DNA of 64,000 nucleotides from an uncultured Candidatus Binatia bacterium (GCA_965218425.1 OZ244621.1:1632001-1696000), one strand, 5' to 3'; numbered from the stretch's first letter, positions 42,836-54,087 are shown. Numbers and translations are program-made. The notes: generated from the letters alone by a model not told the origin.

Positions 42836-45559
42836 TTACCGCGCCAGCTTGTTCGCAAAGTCGCCGGCGCGGAATATCGACATCTTCTCCGGGTCGATGT
42901 GCCGGCGCATTGCCGCGAGGAGGTCGTCGGGCGTCAGCGCCTTGATGGCCGCTTCCCGCTGCGCGACGAACTCCATGGTTCGGTCGTTAAACAGGTTGTA
43001 GTTGAGTATCGACGCGACCGCCCGATCGTCCGACCGTCGGCGTTGAGCGCCGTCCAGATAGCCGCGCTTGGCCGCCTCCACCTCCCCGGCGGTGAAGCCC
43101 CATATCAGCGCCCTGTCGACTTCCTCTCTGAACGCAGACACCACCCGGTCGGCGTTTTCCGGCGCGAAAATCGCGTAGCCGAGGAAGGTGGCGGTCTCGT
43201 CGATGGGGTAGGCGCTGAATTTCGAACCCACGGCATACGAGAGCCCTTCCTGCTGGCGGATGCGGCTGCCGAGCCGGGCATCCAGGATGTGGTTGACGAG
43301 GACCAGCGCCGGGTAGTCCGCGTGGTCGTCGCGCATCCGGATCTTCAAGTACGCGACCATCATGGCATTCACCTTGTCGGGCATCTCGATGTCGACGGAG
43401 ACGGCGGCGATGTCCGCGTAAGGCCGGTCGACCCGGCCGTAGGGTTCCCTGGCGCTCCAGCCGCCCAGAGCCTCTTCGAGGACCGGGACGATCTCGTCGG
43501 GATCGAAGTCGCCGACGATCGATACCGTTCCTCCTTCCGCGCCGTAGAACGACGCCCAGAAGTCCCGCGCCTGCTCGACCGTGACCGCCTCGTAGCGGGC
43601 GATCAGCTCGTCGAAGGTCGGCGTGTAGAACACATGGCTCTCGTCGTAGCCGCCGTTGAAGTGGCGGTCGACGGCGTTCTCGATGCGCTCCTTGACATCG
43701 GATCGCCGCGCTTCGACGTTTGCCAGGAACGCCTCGCGCAGCAGTTCGAACTCCGCCGGGTCGAAGGCCGGTTCGCGCAGCGTCTCGGCGATAAGGCGTA
43801 GCACGTCGGGCAGGTTCTCGCGCACCGTGGTCACCGAGCCTTGGGCGCCGTTCAGGTCGCCCTGGACCTTGAGACGAGCGAACTCGTCGATGAGCTCCTG
43901 CCGTGATCGCCGGGTAGTGCCGCGCGGCAGCATGCGACCGGCAAACTCCGCCGCGATCCTCCGGCCCATCAAGGCGTTCTCTGTGCCATACGGGAACGAG
44001 AAGCTGACGCTCACCGCATCGCCCCGGCTCTCCTTCGGCAAGAGCGCGACCTCGACGCCGCTCGCGAGGGTGAGCCTCGTGGTGCGGCTCTCGATGTTCC
44101 CGGGCGTCGGTTCGAACCCTTCGCCCCTGGCCGCCGCCTTGCCCCCGGTGTGTCCCGAAAACAGCGCCGCGACATCGGGCGGCGCGGGGATCTCGGCCCG
44201 CGGCGGCGTTTCGTCCGTCGGATAGAAGTAGCCGACCGTGCGGTTCGAAGTCTTCAGATACGCCTTCGCCACGGCCAGGACATCGGCGGGCGTCACCTCC
44301 GCCACACGGTCCCGATGCAGGAACATGAGCCGCCAGTCGCCCATCGACGCCCCTTTGCTCAAGTTCCCGCCGATGGCGCTCGGGTCGTTGAACGCGCGCT
44401 CGAAACCTGCCGCGAATGCCGTCTTGGCGCGGTCCACCTCCTCTGCCGTCGGAGGCTCATCGTCGAGGCCCTGCAAGGTTGCCAGCATGGCCTCGACGGC
44501 TTCGCTCAGGTCGCCTTCCCGGCGCACTTCGGCGCTGGCAATCAGCACGCCGGGTTCCTTCAGCCGGTAGGTGGAAATCGACGTACCCGCGGCGAGGCCG
44601 GTCTCAACCACGTTCTTGTAGAGTCGCCCCGCTGGCTGCGTGCCCAACAGATGCGCCAGCACATCGACCGCGGCGAATTGTTAGTGGGAACCGCTCGGCA
44701 CGTGATAAGCGGCAATGGCGTACTGAACGCTGCCCACCCGCCGCAGCGTCACCGTGCGCTCCCCGTCCTGGGTGGGCTCGGCGGTGTAGGTCTCGAACAG
44801 CCGGTTGGCGCCGCTGCGATCCGGGCGCGGGATCGGGCCGAACTTCTCCTCGATGAGATCCACCGCCCGCTCAGGGTCGAAACGGCCCGTGACCACGAGG
44901 ACCGCGTTGTCGGGCTGGTAGTATTTCCGGTAGAACGCCCGCAGGCGTTCGATGGGCACGTTCTCGATGTCGGCACGGGCGCCGCCGGTAGAGTTGCCGT
45001 AGTTGTGCCACAGGAATGCCGTGGACAGGACGCGCTCCTTCAGAGTCGCAAAGGGATTGTCTTCGTGGCGCTCCCACTCGTTGCGGACAACGGTCATCTC
45101 GGAGGCGAGGTCTTCGGCGGAGATGCGCGAATTGACCATGCGGTCCGCTTCGATGTCGAGCGCCCTGGCGAGGTTGTCTTCCTCGACCGGGAACGTCTCG
45201 TAGTAGCTGGTGCGGTCGAACCACGTCGTCGCGTTGAAAGACACGCCTCGCTCGGAGAGTTCGTTGGAGATACTGGGATGGTTCGGCGTGCCTTTGAAGA
45301 CGAGGTGTTCGAGCAGGTGGGCCATCCCGGTTTCGCCGTAGCCTTCGTGCCGCGAACCCACGAGGTAGGTGATGTTGACGGTGATCCGCTGCCGGCTCCG
45401 ATCGGGAAAGAGCAGGAACCGAAGGCCGTTGTCGAGTCGGTACTCGGTGATGCCTTCCACGGTCGCCACCCTGGTTGCGGCGGCCGGGGCGATCCAGAGG
45501 GCAAACGCACCGAGAATGAGGACCCGCATCATTGTCGTGATGTGTTTTCGCATGGACAT
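42836..45559 (-). pseudogene. M16 zinc protease (PqqL-like) split by one in-frame TAA
   Basis: HLLEH motif; YHVPSGSH*QFAAVDVLAHLL with TAA at 44681-44683; both ORFs in the same frame; visibly GC-rich. Confidence 0.85.
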
Positions 45560-45610
45560 TGTGATCCTTGTCACGGTGTCGGGGCCGTCATCACCCCTGT
45601 AGTGGTTGGG

Positions 45611-45714
45611 AACCGGTGTCCGGCTTGCCTGTTTGCTATTCTGGGTTTCCTTCCTTTTCGGATTCCAGCTTGTATTGTACCAAATTCTCTTCTGGAATGT
45701 CCTGTCCATTTGGA
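45611..45714 (-). repeat. RAYT-element end, family A copy 1
   Basis: Reverse complement resembles 52140-52245 and 54117-54218. Confidence 0.75.
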
Positions 45715-45830
45715 CGCGGTGTTCAAAAGCATGGGGTCTGCTCCTTTCAGGTTCGATGGCCGCTGCAACCACCGTCCTGCTGGAGCTTGACGCCTTTTTT
45801 CATGTTACCTGACCACCATTTCAGGTAAAT

Positions 45831-45962
45831 TGGAGTGAGGAGTTACGGTGCAGTGGGCCGGGCGTGCCATGGGATTCACTTAGAGCGTGAGGCGGATGGA
45901 AGATTTCGCAGGCGGCTGGAAAATCCGGAAGATGTTATCTGTCAACAAAAGATTTGAACCCT
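45831..45962 (+). repeat. RAYT-element end, family B copy 1
   Basis: Resembles 48450-48580 and 53257-53368; ends GTCAACAAAAGATTTGAACCC. Confidence 0.8.
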
Positions 45963-46000
45963 TTACCAAGTTTGATCTTACATGAAGGAGGGCAAATATC

Positions 46001-46816
46001 ATGGCGCAGCACATTCACGGACCGCTTTATTATGAAAGGATGGGGCGTACGGGACCGGTAATCGCCTTTATCCATCCAAACCCGATGGATCAGTCGTGCT
46101 GGATTTTTCAGATGACGCACCTGTCGACCTGGTACCGGTGCATTGCAATCGACATCCCGGGTTACGGCCGCTCGCCCAAGGCCGACCCCGGCCTGACCAT
46201 CGCCGACATGGCCCAGGCCTGTTGGGAAGCGATAGATGACGCGCTGCCCGGCGAGACCGCGATCCTGGTCGGCTGTTCGGTCGGATCTTCGATTGCTCCC
46301 TACATGTACCACCACCGCCCGGATAAGACGGCGGCGCTCATATTGTCGGGCACCGGCTACAACCCTTTAAAGGAATTTGCCCAGCGGCGGATAGATGCCT
46401 ACACCGCCAACGGGATAGACTATCGCTGGGCGTACACGTTCGAGGACCTGAGCCCAACGTTTCGCGCGACGCCGCTCGCGCATTTCTTCGCCGACCTCTT
46501 CACCGAACGCAACAAATTTGCCGATTTACAGACGATCCTCTACCAGTTCAAAGCTCTCCAGAAGCCCGTGCCGGATGGCCATCATGAGCGCATCGCGTGT
46601 CCAACAGTGATCCTGACCGGGAGCGAGGACAGCGCCCATCAGACAGTCTACGCGCTCAAGGCACGCATACCCAATTGCGAGTTGAAGGTCTTGCCGGGAG
46701 CAGGCCACGCGTGTCAACTAGAGCAGCCCTGGCTTTATGATCGTTTTATGATCGAATTCCTCACCAGGCATGGCCTGTTCCCCGGTGAAACAAAGCCGGC
46801 CACCGGGATAGCCTGA
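46001..46816 (+). CDS. Alpha/beta hydrolase
   Basis: IDIPGYGRS, GCSVG nucleophile elbow, GSED, AGHACQLEQP; GGAGG RBS. Confidence 0.9.
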   Translation: MAQHIHGPLYYERMGRTGPVIAFIHPNPMDQSCWIFQMTHLSTWYRCIAIDIPGYGRSPKADPGLTIADMAQACWEAIDDALPGETAILVGCSVGSSIAPYMYHHRPDKTAALILSGTGYNPLKEFAQRRIDAYTANGIDYRWAYTFEDLSPTFRATPLAHFFADLFTERNKFADLQTILYQFKALQKPVPDGHHERIACPTVILTGSEDSAHQTVYALKARIPNCELKVLPGAGHACQLEQPWLYDRFMIEFLTRHGLFPGETKPATGIA

Positions 46817-46940
46817 GTTTCTAAGGAGACGTTGTTGACCGGATTAACTTAAACAGATAAAAGGGCGTCAATTTAGCGAAGAGGTCAAGTCTTTTGTCGA
46901 TCATTGGGATGTGAACTGTAATTAAAGCTTTCCATGTCAC

Positions 46941-48208
46941 TGACCTGCCCCCAGGAGTGGTACCACCCTTTAAGTTAGAGCCGGAATTATCTGGAGTCCA
47001 GCCCATGGGGATGAATTCCCAGCCTGCGCTCTGGGCAGAAAGGCCTCCGGTGCCGGAGGACGATAGCCCAGGGCGCTGTGAGGCCGCCTCTGGTTATACT
47101 CTCTTCTCCATCTTTCGATCAGCACCTGAGCTTCCCTCAGGGTTTCAAACACCTCCCGGTTGAGCAGCTCATCCCTGAGTTTTCCGTTAAAACTCTCCAC
47201 GTAGCCATTCTCCCAAGGACTGCCAGGCTCGATGTAGAGTGTCCTGACACCAATGGCCTTGAGCCAGTCCCGGATAGCCTGAGCCGTAAACTCGGGGCCA
47301 TTGTCGGACCGAAGGGACTGCGGCACGCCCCGTTCCACGAATAGCTCCGCTAACCGTTCCAGCACATCCCGGTGATTCATCCGTCTGGCCACATCAATCG
47401 CCAAGCACTCCCGGGTGTATTCATCCACGATGCTCAACAGCCGAAAGGCCCGACCGTCTTCGGTTCGCTCGTGCACGAAGTCATAACTCCACACATGGTT
47501 TCGATGCGCCGGTCTCAGGCGAATGCAGGAGCCATCAGTCAACCGGAGCCTCCCTCGCTTAGGCTGACGGCTGAGGACTTTCAGCCCTTCCTGCCTCCAG
47601 AGCCTCTCCACTCGCTTGTGGTTGACCTTCCACCCCTGCCCACGCAGCATGGCCGTAATCCTCCGGTAGCCGTATCGCCCGTATTCGCTGGCCAGCTCCA
47701 TCATCCGAGCCACTAGTCTTGCTTCCTCTTCCGGGATCTCTCGGACTCTTCGTTGCGTCGATCGCGGCTGTCCCAACACTTGGCAAGCCCGGCGTTCGGA
47801 GACTCGATCAGGTCCCAATCTTTCTCTGGCCCATATCACCGCTCGTCTCCTCTTCGCCGGGCCTAGAAGTTTCCCGAGGACACTTCCTTCAGGATCTGGT
47901 TGTCCAGCGATAGATCCGCCACCAGCTTCTTCAACCGCGCATTCTCCTTGTCCAAGGCCTTGAGCCTCTTGGCCTGATCCATCTTCAGGCCTCCATATTC
48001 CTTCCTCCACCGGTAGTAGGTCTGCACGGTTACCCCCACCTGCTTGCACACCTGGCCCACCGCCTTCCCTTGGGCCAAGCTCACCTCCGCCTCACGCAGC
48101 TTGAGGATAATCTGCTCGGCCGTAAATCGCTTTCTTGCCATCCTTGCCTCCTTCCTAAAATCAAAATCCCTAACATTTCACCTGGACTCGTTTTAGGGGG
48201 CAAGGTCA
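46941..48208 (-). mobile_element. IS3-family insertion sequence
   Basis: Ends TGACCTGCCCCC / GGGGGCAAGGTCA; TCAC duplicated on both sides. Confidence 0.92.
46970..48141 (-). CDS. IS3 transposase OrfAB (-1 frameshift at GGGAAAC, 47869-47875)
   Basis: OrfA HTH ([11 protein letters not shown]); Orf[25 protein letters not shown]. Confidence 0.9.
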
Positions 48209-48964
48209 TCACGGCCCTTGCGCATTGAATATCGGGGTGCGGTCCATCATTTGATGAACCGAGGATCCGCCCGCCGAAAGGTGTTCCTCAGCAGGGCCGA
48301 CTATGGGGAATCTCTGAAAACGGTTTTACAGGCACACGATCTATGGGGGGTAGAAGATCCGGTGAGGAGCCGCAGAGGGGAGGAAAGTCGGGATGTGCCT
48401 GATGAAGAGGCTAAGCGACATGACGTTGGCGGAAGCAGCCGGGGAGTTTTGGAGTGAAGAGTCGCGGTGCGGCGGGCCGGGCGCGCCATGGGATTCGCTT
48501 AAAGCGTGGGGCGGATAGAGGAATTCGGAGGCGGCCGGAAAATCCGGAAGATGTTATTTGTCAATAAAAGATTTGACCTCTTTGTCGATCACCCAGACCA
48601 TCTATGACGAAAATGGTGACGTGGTGTATGGCCGCTCCGGAGTTGGTGAATTCATCAGGGAATGTAGTTTTGGAATGACGACTTCGGAAAATTGGCCGGC
48701 AGGAAGAATTGCAATTTCGCTTAGGGATAGACATCGGGGGCACGGACCGCCGACAGCATCGCGGCCGACATCCTGAAAGAGTGACGGGGCTTGCGCCCCG
48801 CCTCCATCTTTCACGCCTTTTGTTTAGCAAACCTTCTCAAAAATATGGTAATGCTCACCCGGGGTCATCCGGTTATGGCTTGTCCCGTTGTCCCAGGCAC
48901 GTTACGGCTATCGGCGCGCGGCCGGGCAAAGAGATGGGCTCGCACGGTTATAGGAGTTAGAGTG

Positions 48965-50086
48965 ATGGAATTACACCGAATCACCGGCAATATGACGGCC
49001 CGGTTTGGCGGGCCGGTGGTTGTCGGCGTCTTGTTCCTCGCCCTCGGCGCATGGGGCCGTTCGTCCATTGCGGCGGATTGCGGGGACTGGAACACAGAGG
49101 AGTTCTTCAAGACGGCGACGCCCATGACGGTCAGGGATTGTCTGGCATCCGGAGCCGACATCAAGGCGAGGGACAAGAACGGCGAGACCCCCCTGCACCT
49201 GGCGGCAGGGTTCAACAAAGATCCTGCCGTCGTCGCCAAATTGATCGACGGCGGAGCCGACATCAAGGCGAGGGAAAAGAACGGCGAGACCCCCCTGCAC
49301 TTTGCGGCAGGGTTCAACGAAAATCCTACCGTTTTCGCCAAGCTGATCGGCAGCGGAGCCGACATCAAGGCGAGGGACAAGTACAGCTGGACGCCCCTGC
49401 ACTTTGCGGCAAGGGACAACGACAATCCCGCCGTCGTCGCCAAATTGATCGACGGCGGAGCCGACATCAAGGCTAGAACCAAGAACGGCGAGACCCCCCT
49501 GCACCTGGCAGTAGGGTTCAACAAAGATCCTGCCGTCGTCGCCAAATTGATCGACGGCGGAGCCGACATCAAGGCTAGAACCAAGAACGGCGAGACCCCC
49601 CTGCACTTTGCAGCAGGGGACAACGACAATCCCGCCGTCGTCGCCAAATTGATCGACGGCGGAGCCGACATCAAGGCTAGAACCAAGAACGGCGAGACCC
49701 CCCTGCACTTTGCAGCAGGGGACAACGACAATCCCGCCGTCGTCGCCAAATTGATCGACGGCGGAGCCGACATCGAGGCGAGGGACAAGTACAGCTGGAC
49801 GCCCCTGCACCTGGCAGCAGGGTTCAACAAAAATCCTGCCATGATCGCCGCGCTGATCGACGGCGGAGCCGACATCGAGGCTAGAACCAAGAACGGCGAG
49901 ACCCCCCTGCACCTGGCAGTAGGGTTCAATAAAAAAAATCCTGCCATGATCGCCGCACTGATCGACGGCGGAGCCGACATCGAGGCGAGGAACAAGAACG
50001 GCAAGACGCCTTGGGATTGGGCGCAAGGAAACGCGGCCCTCAAGGGAACCGACGTTTGGTGGCGGCTGAACGAGGGGCGCTTCTGA
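48965..50086 (+). CDS. Secreted ankyrin-repeat protein
   Basis: Signal peptide; eight full 34-35 aa GADIxAR..TPLH repeats plus a partial ninth. Confidence 0.9.
   Translation: MELHRITGNMTARFGGPVVVGVLFLALGAWGRSSIAADCGDWNTEEFFKTATPMTVRDCLASGADIKARDKNGETPLHLAAGFNKDPAVVAKLIDGGADIKAREKNGETPLHFAAGFNENPTVFAKLIGSGADIKARDKYSWTPLHFAARDNDNPAVVAKLIDGGADIKARTKNGETPLHLAVGFNKDPAVVAKLIDGGADIKARTKNGETPLHFAAGDNDNPAVVAKLIDGGADIKARTKNGETPLHFAAGDNDNPAVVAKLIDGGADIEARDKYSWTPLHLAAGFNKNPAMIAALIDGGADIEARTKNGETPLHLAVGFNKKNPAMIAALIDGGADIEARNKNGKTPWDWAQGNAALKGTDVWWRLNEGRF
49151..50010 (+). repeat. 102-bp tandem repeat array (ankyrin units)
   Basis: Near-identical DNA units; units 5 and 6 encode identical peptides. Confidence 0.9.
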
Positions 50087-50638
50087 CTCAACGAAGAAAA
50101 AAAGGCGCATCGCGTCCCGAGTAGGTCGTCTCCGGGGTTGGGGCGGCAAGTATATGGGGGGCACGTCTTGTCGGATTGTTGCCCAAACGTCGGTTAAATA
50201 GCGCAATAGATCCAACCGATCTATAACCGCTCCGAGTTTGTTTGCTCAAACCCCCACTGCTTGCTGGAAGGCCGTGGCCCCGTTCGTTGCTGCAGCCAAT
50301 ACGGCTCTGGGTTTTGGCCGTGCATGATCAATCGACGGCTCGATGTTGTGCGCTATCGCCATCAAGTAATCCTGAATCCGCGCCCGCCGACGACCACGCC
50401 GGCACGGTCGATGCACGGCCCTTTCAGGGTCTTTGCATGGGCGATTTACGGGTCATTTTGTCTCGGATTTTCCCGGCCATTTTCAATTATTTCTGATCCG
50501 CTACGCTGCCGAGCACCTCGTCGATTGCATTTACCTGGGCGTATCGCTTGTAATAGTCTAACCCGACGTAAAGCTTGGGGCCTGCTCCTTTTACTTGCCC
50601 CCGGCCCAGAGACAGACAAATTCACGGAGATAAAAGAT

Positions 50639-51718
50639 ATGGATAGATTTGCCTTGGCCGTACTTCTATGGTTCTCGATTTGTTCCGTCTCTCACGCAAA
50701 ACCAATCTCGATCATAGCTTTCAACGCCGAAAACCTTTTCGATACCATCGATGACGCCGGCAATCCCCACGATGACACCTACCTCCCGCTATCCGTCAAG
50801 CAGCAAAGACCGGAGCACGATCAACGTTGCGAGAAGTTCACTCGCAGCAAGTTCTATGAAAAACAATGCAAGGAATTGAATTGGGATGAAGCGACATACG
50901 GCATGAAGTTGCAGCGCTATGCCGACGTCGTCAAAGCCATGCCGCTGATGCCCGATGTCCTGGTGATTCCGGAAACTGAAAACAAGCAGGTATTGGAGGA
51001 CCTGACCGCCCGCCATTTAAGCTCTGAAAATTTCCATATCGTGCAGCTTGACACCAGTGATCAGCCGGACAACCGAGGTATCGACGTCGGCATTCTTACC
51101 AAACTCCCGATTGTGGGAAAACCGGAAGCGTTTGTCGTGGACATCAAGCGCGATAGCCAAACCTGCGGGAAGACAAGAGACATTGTGCAGGTTGGACTGG
51201 AGCTACCCAACGGCGAGACTCTCTTCGTGTTCGGTGTCCATTTCCCGTCAGGCGGAAACCCGTTCAGTTGCCGGATACGCGCTTTTAAGAAACTCAACGA
51301 GCTTGCCAAGAAACTGCCGAAGGAGAGTTTGGCGGTGGCGGCAGGTGATTTTAATATCAACTGCAAGGAAGGACCGTCCGATGCATTTGCGCGTTTGCTG
51401 GAACGGGGAAATTGGCATGCATCTCCGTTGGTGAAGAGCGGTTGCGGAGCGCCGGGGTCAAGAAAGCATTTCGATCACACATGGTCGTTCCTTGACATGA
51501 TATTGGTGTCGGCACATCTAAGCCCATCCCGGCCCTCAACCAAGAACTGGTTCGCGGATCTTGGCAGCTTCAGCACTTTGGTAGTGAGTCAGGAGCAGGT
51601 GATGACTGATGGAAAGGATCGCGGCTACATGGAACCGCGCCGCTTTGATCCGAATAGTCGCCGCGGTGTGTCTGACCATTTTCCGGTCGGCATGCGGTTG
51701 TTGCTTCGACGAGAATAG
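50639..51718 (+). CDS. Secreted endonuclease/exonuclease/phosphatase (EEP) family protein
   Basis: FNAENLFD, GDFN, LDMILVS, SDHFPV; signal peptide. Confidence 0.88.
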   Translation: MDRFALAVLLWFSICSVSHAKPISIIAFNAENLFDTIDDAGNPHDDTYLPLSVKQQRPEHDQRCEKFTRSKFYEKQCKELNWDEATYGMKLQRYADVVKAMPLMPDVLVIPETENKQVLEDLTARHLSSENFHIVQLDTSDQPDNRGIDVGILTKLPIVGKPEAFVVDIKRDSQTCGKTRDIVQVGLELPNGETLFVFGVHFPSGGNPFSCRIRAFKKLNELAKKLPKESLAVAAGDFNINCKEGPSDAFARLLERGNWHASPLVKSGCGAPGSRKHFDHTWSFLDMILVSAHLSPSRPSTKNWFADLGSFSTLVVSQEQVMTDGKDRGYMEPRRFDPNSRRGVSDHFPVGMRLLLRRE

Positions 51719-51762
51719 TTGGGTGACTCCTCTCACCCCTGATTTTTGAATGTTTCGTAATG

Positions 51763-52245
51763 CGGGTCAGGCTTTCCCCTTTGCCATCTGAAGCACTCGA
51801 TGACACAGGCACAACGTGGCAAGAAAACCCCGCGTCCATTTTCCCGGCGCCCTTTATCACGCCACTTGTCTGCCGACAAGGCAGGTCAGTCGGGGCAACC
51901 TAGGCCGGCTCATCTTGCGCGATGACGATGACCGGGAACTCTACCTAACGATTCTTCAAGGGCTGCCAACCCGATTCGGCTGTGAACTCTACGGTTACGT
52001 GTAGAGAGACAAGTCAGATACGTTGGATTATAGCTAGGATAGCGGTTGAAGAAGCCGGATACCGACTCATGGAGGTTGCCCGGTATTCAAGCCGTGATGC
52101 CGGGGTGATGAACCGTGGGTTGGGCCGGTTAGAAGACAGTCTTCAAAAGGACAGGACGTTCCAAGAGAGAATTGGCACGATACAAGCCGGAATGTGAAAG
52201 GGAAAGAAACCCAGAATAGAAAAGGGGCAAGCCTGACGCCGGTTT
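51763..52245 (+). mobile_element. Internally deleted RAYT mini-element (family A)
   Basis: IRs GTCAGGCTTTCCCCTTT (51766-51782) / AAAGGGGCAAGCCTGAC (52221-52237), 16/17; MARKPRVHFPGALYH..SRGN N-terminus joined to a C-terminal HTH remnant. Confidence 0.75.
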
Positions 52246-52408
52246 CAAAAGACGACATGGCCGAGCCGCTCCACGTCATGCGGCGGCGTCTTGACGCATA
52301 TTGCAGCAGCCGCCACCTCGTGGTGTCGGGACAGTTCAACCTGGGAGGCGACGGTGGCGGGAGAGCTTTAGTGCTCCCTCAATAACTTTTGAGAAGGCGA
52401 GATGAATC

Positions 52409-52433
52409 ATGTCAAATGTCAAGGTCTGACCCC
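52409..52433 (+). repeat. RAYT-type terminal motif, family C (ATGTCAAATGTCAAGGTCTGACCCC)
   Basis: Same ...TGACCCC terminal architecture as families A/B; single copy here. Confidence 0.5.
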
Positions 52434-53208
52434 GAACATAGTGGCCGTTGGTTCCAATGGCAGCGTATACGCGGCCAAGATGACAAAGGAACTTAAGGAT
52501 TGGCAGTCTCAACAAAAAGGCCTAAAGCGACTGAGGAGAATGCTGGATAACGTAAGCGAGGCCGTGAGACTGGCAATAACAGTGAGATTGAACGAAAAAA
52601 AATTGACGGCCGATGACGCGCAACGGATTCACTGGGACATAGTGTGGCGATTGTCTCACCGGTTCGGGTATGTCGATTACGCGACGACCCTTGACAACCT
52701 GTATGCGGATATCGTAGAAGATTCCTACAAATATTTTCACACCCTTGGGAGCATATACTATGACACCGAACCAGGAGGAATTAATCTCAATAATCGACCC
52801 GCCAACACCGTTTTCTTCCTTGAAGGAGTGGAGGGAGTTCCAGCATTCATTGGACTCAAAGACTCCCCGGGACCAGAGGTTCAAGGAGTGGGCGGGGGAG
52901 GTAATCAAACTCAAGATCCAGGCTCAGAAGGAGGGCCTGGCAGCGCCCAAGAAGTTTCCCCCACAACCGGCATAGCAGAGGACCCACGCACTTACGGCCT
53001 GCCCGACTTCCGCATGAGGCAGGACGACATACCCCAATCTTCCACCCCGATAAAGAATAACTACCACCCCCCAAACACCGCCGAAGGGCGGCAGATAAAG
53101 AGACGCCAGGACATCATCGACAATCTCTCCCAGGCCTTCCAGATCCCGATCCGCACGGGCAAGGGCAGTTTCGCGCAAAGGAAAGCCCGGGCGTTCTTCA
53201 AAGTCAAA
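52434..53208 (+). pseudogene. Internal fragment of a large, possibly phage-like protein
   Basis: Open frame with no start or stop of its own; bounded by RAYT-end sequences on both sides. Confidence 0.45.
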
Positions 53209-53368
53209 GATGAAGAGGCTAAGCGACATGACTTTGGTGGAAGCAGCCGGGGAGTCTGGAGTGAGGAGTCGCGGTGCGGCGGGCCGGGCGCGCCATGGGA
53301 TTCACTTAAAGCGCGAGGCGGCTGGAGAATCCGGAAGATGTTATCTGTCAACAAAAGATTTGATCCCT
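53209..53368 (+). repeat. RAYT-element end, family B copy 3
   Basis: High similarity to 48401-48580. Confidence 0.8.
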
Positions 53369-54087
53369 TTGTTAAGGTTTTTGTGCGCCTGTCTCCATCT
53401 GTCGGCCACGCCGATTACAAATGTTCGAGCAAGTTGGTAACGGCCCCTAACCTCATCAAAGGTAATTGAGCGCCCCTTTACTCTCAGCCCTTGTCCTTGC
53501 TTTCGCGAGATCGGGGATAGACCACCTGACGATAAAAACCTGTCTTCGCTCAGGAAATACTGTGAATGGCTCACAGCGTTTCGGAGATAGGGGTCCCAAA
53601 GCCGCTCTAGCACACCGCCAATCTTGATGCACAAGCTTTTCGACAAACGGCAAATTTCCTCGATCTTCTCACCTGGGTACTCGCAGATCTGAGTGCAGCC
53701 TGCATTTGAAACTCTTGTAAATGTCCATGACTCAGGACTTCCAGAGGCGGCTCGTAACAGATTCCAAACAATTGCGAGTGGAAGATCTGATTCCATGATT
53801 CGACAATAGCCGGCTAGCATTAGACGAATCTTGTCCTTTTCGGGCAATGATGTACGTTTTACTAGTAAATCAACAAGTGCAATGAAATCCTCGAGTTCAA
53901 AATATTCGTAGCTCGGAATATGAGTCACAATTTTCTGGCCAGGTAGAAGTTCTCCTGGGAGTTCGGCGTCGGTAGGTACAACCGCATTCCAAAGTGCTTT
54001 TCGATCGATGCTCGCACAGATTTTAAAAACTTCCGCAAGTGATTCGATAATCTCTTGCTCAGTCAACGAGCCATTCCCCAATTTCAT
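53341..54087 (-). CDS. Hypothetical protein with HEPN-like RxxxxH motif
   Basis: LRNAVSH; AT-richer than flanks; stop codon lies inside the family B repeat. Confidence 0.55.
   Translation of the reverse strand: MKLGNGSLTEQEIIESLAEVFKICASIDRKALWNAVVPTDAELPGELLPGQKIVTHIPSYEYFELEDFIALVDLLVKRTSLPEKDKIRLMLAGYCRIMESDLPLAIVWNLLRAASGSPESWTFTRVSNAGCTQICEYPGEKIEEICRLSKSLCIKIGGVLERLWDPYLRNAVSHSQYFLSEDRFLSSGGLSPISRKQGQGLRVKGRSITFDEVRGRYQLARTFVIGVADRWRQAHKNLNKGIKSFVDR

Larger units (their letters stand above)
46881..48580 (+). mobile_element. Internally deleted RAYT mini-element (family B), interrupted by IS3
   Basis: Terminal IRs 46881-46900/48561-48580 (17/20); removing the IS3 restores MSRPLRIEYRGAVHHLMNRG; C-terminal HTH remnant MKRLSDMTLAEAA. 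Confidence 0.75.

Noticed and set aside
44681..44683. Recoding, or a natural two-subunit split, of the M16 peptidase
   Set aside because: The codon is TAA, it falls mid-domain, and there is no clear RBS for the downstream part
42899..45790. Long + strand ORFs (300 and 546 aa)
   Set aside because: Antisense shadows of a GC-rich gene with no recognisable motifs
48865..50215. Two ~410-aa minus-strand repetitive ORFs; possible CRISPR
   Set aside because: Shadows of the ankyrin repeats; units are contiguous and coding, with no unique spacers
50086..50245. ACTCAAC after the ankyrin stop and a nearby hairpin as attC
   Set aside because: No complementary L boxes at the required spacing
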